The notes beneath the pieces were generated by a model that searched no databases, was not told the DNA's origin, and saw only the letters and a program-made list of their open reading frames with translations. Both the position numbers and the translations under genes were made by a program. This document shows, piece after piece, positions 60,967-64,000 of a stretch of 64,000 bases of DNA. Source of the DNA: Candidatus Omnitrophota bacterium (GTDB lineage Bacteria; Omnitrophota; Gorgyraeia; Gygaellales; Profunditerraquicolaceae); assembly GCA_041651035.1 (NCBI GenBank), contig JBAZKC010000001.1, positions 195,244 to 259,243 on the forward strand. The letters are read 5' to 3'. How positions within the stretch are numbered: the first letter of the stretch is position 1; each line of letters starts with the position of its first letter.

Positions 60967-62655
60967 TTGTCTATGAACTGGAAGAATATTAAATTTTACT
61001 GGAAATTATACTGGATAAGGATAATCATCTCCCTTGTTGCCGCGGCAATATTTGTCCTGCTTAATATCGTCATCATAAGCGGGCTGAAGGCCTGGAGAGA
61101 ATCAGAATCATACCTGCGCCAATCCCAGCTGGCTACCGCGCCCTTACAGATGTTCATCTGGGGCGTTATGGGCATTATCCAGGGAACGGTCTATGTCTTT
61201 ATGATGTACTGGCTGTTTTATAAAAAAGGCTCTACCTCCTTTACTCAAACAGCCAAGAAATCCATTTCCGGATCAGAGATCGGGATCAAGTGGGATGATG
61301 TGATCGGTATGGATGAAGCAAAACAAGAAGCACTGGAAGTGGTAAAGTTAGTTAAGGACCGCGCGGAATTGCAGCGCATCGGCGGTAAGATCTTAAGAGG
61401 TATCCTGATGTTAGGGCCTCCCGGCTGCGGGAAAACTTATCTGGCTAAAGCCATCGCCACCGAATCAAGCCTCCCTTTTATATCCATGTCCGGTTCGGAA
61501 TTCGTAGAGATGTTCGTAGGCGTAGGCGCCGGAAGGATCCGTAATCTTTTTAAACAAGCGCGGTATCTGGCGGAATTAAAAGGCGGCTGCCTGGTGTTCA
61601 TCGATGAAATAGACGCCGTAGGCGCGCAGAGATCCGCTGATTCCGGATTCGGAGGCCAGACTGAAACCAATACCACCCTAAATCAGCTTTTGGTGGAAAT
61701 GGACGGCTTAAAAGAAAAAGATTTCAATATTGTAATAATCGGGGCGACAAATATGCCGGAACAATTTCTAGACGCCGCGCTGTTGCGCCCGGGCAGGTTC
61801 GATCGTAAGATCCACGTGGATAAGCCCAGCCTCGAAGACCGCGAGAAGTTGTTCGCTTATTACCTTAATAAAGTAAAATACGACGAAACCAGCGTAAAGA
61901 TAGACCGCCTCGCCCGCATTACGGTAGGTAACAGCCCCGCGGATATATACAATATCGTCAGGGAATCAGCTCTCATCGCTGTCCGGAACAATAGGACCTC
62001 TCTGATCATGAAAGATATTGATGACGCTCGGGAAAGGATCACCCTGGGAGTCAAGCGCAGGATCAAACTTGGCGAAAAAGAAAAATGGCAGATCGCCTAT
62101 CATGAAGCAGGCCACGCCATTGTTACCTATCTGCTCGTGCCCTCAAAGGACGTGTTTAAAATAACTATTACCCCGCGCGGGCATACGGGTGGCGCGACCT
62201 GGATACCTGAACGCGAAGAGATACTTATCGAAGACCAGAGACAGCTTCTAAACGAGATCAAGATATCTCTTGGCTCATATGCCGCGGAAAAATTAAAACT
62301 TGGCTTTACCACCTCCGGCGTAAGCGGAGATTTCGCCAACGCGTTGTTCATAGCGCACAATATGGTTTGGCGTATGGGCATGGGAAAAACAGGTATAATC
62401 GGGGACTTTCACGCCCTTGATTTTTATAGACGCATGGGAAGCGGCCCCATGATATCCGAAGAAATGAAGAGCCGCTTAGATAACGACATGCAGGAAATAA
62501 TGCAGGTGTCCCTAGAAGAGGTTGCCCAATTATTGAAAAAAGAAGAACCGCTTATTGACCGCCTGGCGAAGGAACTTGTTGTTAAAGAAGAGCTCAATTA
62601 TGATGAGATCGAAACCATATTCAAGGAGTTCGGTAAGACGCGCCCTTCTTCTTAA
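60967..62655 (+). CDS. ftsH: FtsH-family ATP-dependent zinc metalloprotease (short N-terminus, no large periplasmic domain)
   Basis: AAA Walker A GPPGCGKT, HEAGHAIV zinc motif. Confidence 0.8.
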   Translation: MSMNWKNIKFYWKLYWIRIIISLVAAAIFVLLNIVIISGLKAWRESESYLRQSQLATAPLQMFIWGVMGIIQGTVYVFMMYWLFYKKGSTSFTQTAKKSISGSEIGIKWDDVIGMDEAKQEALEVVKLVKDRAELQRIGGKILRGILMLGPPGCGKTYLAKAIATESSLPFISMSGSEFVEMFVGVGAGRIRNLFKQARYLAELKGGCLVFIDEIDAVGAQRSADSGFGGQTETNTTLNQLLVEMDGLKEKDFNIVIIGATNMPEQFLDAALLRPGRFDRKIHVDKPSLEDREKLFAYYLNKVKYDETSVKIDRLARITVGNSPADIYNIVRESALIAVRNNRTSLIMKDIDDARERITLGVKRRIKLGEKEKWQIAYHEAGHAIVTYLLVPSKDVFKITITPRGHTGGATWIPEREEILIEDQRQLLNEIKISLGSYAAEKLKLGFTTSGVSGDFANALFIAHNMVWRMGMGKTGIIGDFHALDFYRRMGSGPMISEEMKSRLDNDMQEIMQVSLEEVAQLLKKEEPLIDRLAKELVVKEELNYDEIETIFKEFGKTRPSS

Positions 62656-63496
62656 CCTATCCGTTATTCTTTTCCTATTCTCCGGATGCTCCCTTTCCAC
62701 CGCACCCACCTATATCAAAGAAGGCCTGGATAAGGCTATTCAGGATATCTGCAAAAAAGAATACAGCATGGACGTCAAGGTAACGCTATCCGGCTCGACG
62801 CTATGGGTATATTTACCGGTTGAAGACATGCTCGCCAAATCAGATAAACCCGAAAAATATTTAGAGAAATTCATAATTGATGATAACAAGGTCGACTTTA
62901 AAGAAGGCCTGCTTAAACTGGATTACATGATCAAAAGCATACCGGAGAACGAAAAAACCCAGGAATATAAATATAATAAAGCTGTATTGGATAAGATAAA
63001 CAACGTCTGGAAGGCCTTGCGCCGCGTGCTCTTCAGTATGGAACGCTCTAAGGAAGGCAACGAACCAAAGTTTTTATGCCTGGTTACTGCCGATATAAAG
63101 AACGGCTTTGAGACAAAAGAAATATCTTATTACCAGGACTTAAAGAAAGTTTCTTATGAATTTATCTCCTGGACAGAATACCAGCACCGCGTTATTGAAC
63201 AATCAGAAGTATCATCTACGATAATGGGGGATATGGAAGGCAAACATATGGATTATAAAGATATATCCATGGAGGAATTTATAGCTTTCCAGATAAAACA
63301 CAGGATCAAGCTTAAATTTCAGAAGCCGGAAGTAGGTAAGGATATAGATATAGACAAAGAAATATTAAAAATAGCTGCCTACACCATAAGAACGTATGAT
63401 ATTAAGAATTTTACAGGCCTGGAATTAAACAACCTGGTTACAAATAATAGAATTGTCCTAAACCGCGCGGCTTTGTGGGCAAGGCCTATTGAGTAG
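62600..63496 (+). CDS. hypothetical lipoprotein (start moved to ATG 62600; listed ORF starts 62555 inside ftsH)
   Basis: MMRSKP...LLLNLSVILFLFSGCS lipobox; Lys/Glu-rich; no recognisable domain. Confidence 0.4.
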   Translation: MMRSKPYSRSSVRRALLLNLSVILFLFSGCSLSTAPTYIKEGLDKAIQDICKKEYSMDVKVTLSGSTLWVYLPVEDMLAKSDKPEKYLEKFIIDDNKVDFKEGLLKLDYMIKSIPENEKTQEYKYNKAVLDKINNVWKALRRVLFSMERSKEGNEPKFLCLVTADIKNGFETKEISYYQDLKKVSYEFISWTEYQHRVIEQSEVSSTIMGDMEGKHMDYKDISMEEFIAFQIKHRIKLKFQKPEVGKDIDIDKEILKIAAYTIRTYDIKNFTGLELNNLVTNNRIVLNRAALWARPIE

Positions 63497-64000
63497 CGAT
63501 CCGCACTATCCTGCCTTCTACTTTTAATTTACCCTCTACAAACAAACTTATAGCTTCAGGATAAAGCTTGTGCTCGATTTTATGGATCCTGGATTCAAGA
63601 GATTCTAAGGTATCGTCCGCCTCTATCCGGACCGGTGCCTGCAGAATTATCGGCCCGTGGTCCATCTCTTCATCTACAAAATGCGCCGTAACACCGGTTA
63701 CTTTCGCGCCATAATCAAAGGCGTCTTTTATCGCCTCTGCCCCCTTAAAAGAAGGAAGCAGCGCCGGATGGATATTTAAGATACGATTCTTATATTTAGA
63801 GACAAATGCCGGGCTTAATATCCGCATGAAACCTGCCAGGACAATTAAATCTATTTTATTCTCTTCCAAACGCTCTATGATCTTTGCTTCAAAATTCTCT
63901 TTCAAAGGGAAATCTTCTTTTTTTATTAACGCGGTGTTTACGCCCGCGCGCTTTGCCTTTTTTAAAACTCCTGCCTTTGGGTTATCGCAGACTAAAAGTT
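63486..64000 (-). CDS. purN: phosphoribosylglycinamide formyltransferase, 5' end beyond window
   Basis: translation continues to window edge (..LLVCDNPKAGVLKKAKRAGV..NIHPALLP..). Confidence 0.8.
   Translation of the reverse strand, partial: LLVCDNPKAGVLKKAKRAGVNTALIKKEDFPLKENFEAKIIERLEENKIDLIVLAGFMRILSPAFVSKYKNRILNIHPALLPSFKGAEAIKDAFDYGAKVTGVTAHFVDEEMDHGPIILQAPVRIEADDTLESLESRIHKIEHKLYPEAISLFVEGKLKVEGRIVRIATQ

Overview
This 64 kb chromosomal window comes from a low-to-moderate GC bacterium that is apparently diderm (LptF/G, LolCDE and MlaFED are present). Almost all genes are on the minus strand, and most are housekeeping genes. The gene set, read along the minus strand, includes purN, purB, purM, purD and purE, with a LOG-family gene between purB and purM. 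Further along come glyA, rpiB, nrdR, cca, lysS, lolCDE, ilvE, mcsA-mcsB-clpC, mlaFED, radA, ispDF and cysES. The set continues with tmk-holB, metG, tatD, mtnA, thiL, tsaE/tsaB, alr, lptFG, comF, pyrE, smpB, murI and an amidase. Non-coding genes are a tmRNA next to smpB (1944-2330), a tRNA-Leu(CAG) (3986-4066), and an initiator-like tRNA-Met(CAU) gene interrupted in its anticodon loop by a 639-nt group I intron. That intron carries a PD-(D/E)XK-type homing endonuclease ORF (58461-59173). The main accessory element is a 7-gene minus-strand arsenic island (5119-9991). It encodes a DUF134 regulator, ArsP-like permease, ArsM, a thioredoxin, a periplasmic CxxC protein, a CcdA-like protein and ACR3. 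It has no ArsR, and a perfect 26-bp palindrome covers the promoter. Other oddities are a continuous Maf::M48-peptidase ORF, a TsaC::LMW-phosphatase fusion (YwlE-like) together with the McsA-McsB-ClpC arginine-kinase module, and two families of repeated GC-rich hairpins. No CRISPR array, transposase or integrase was seen. All calls are from reading the sequence and the ORF translations; no database search was run.
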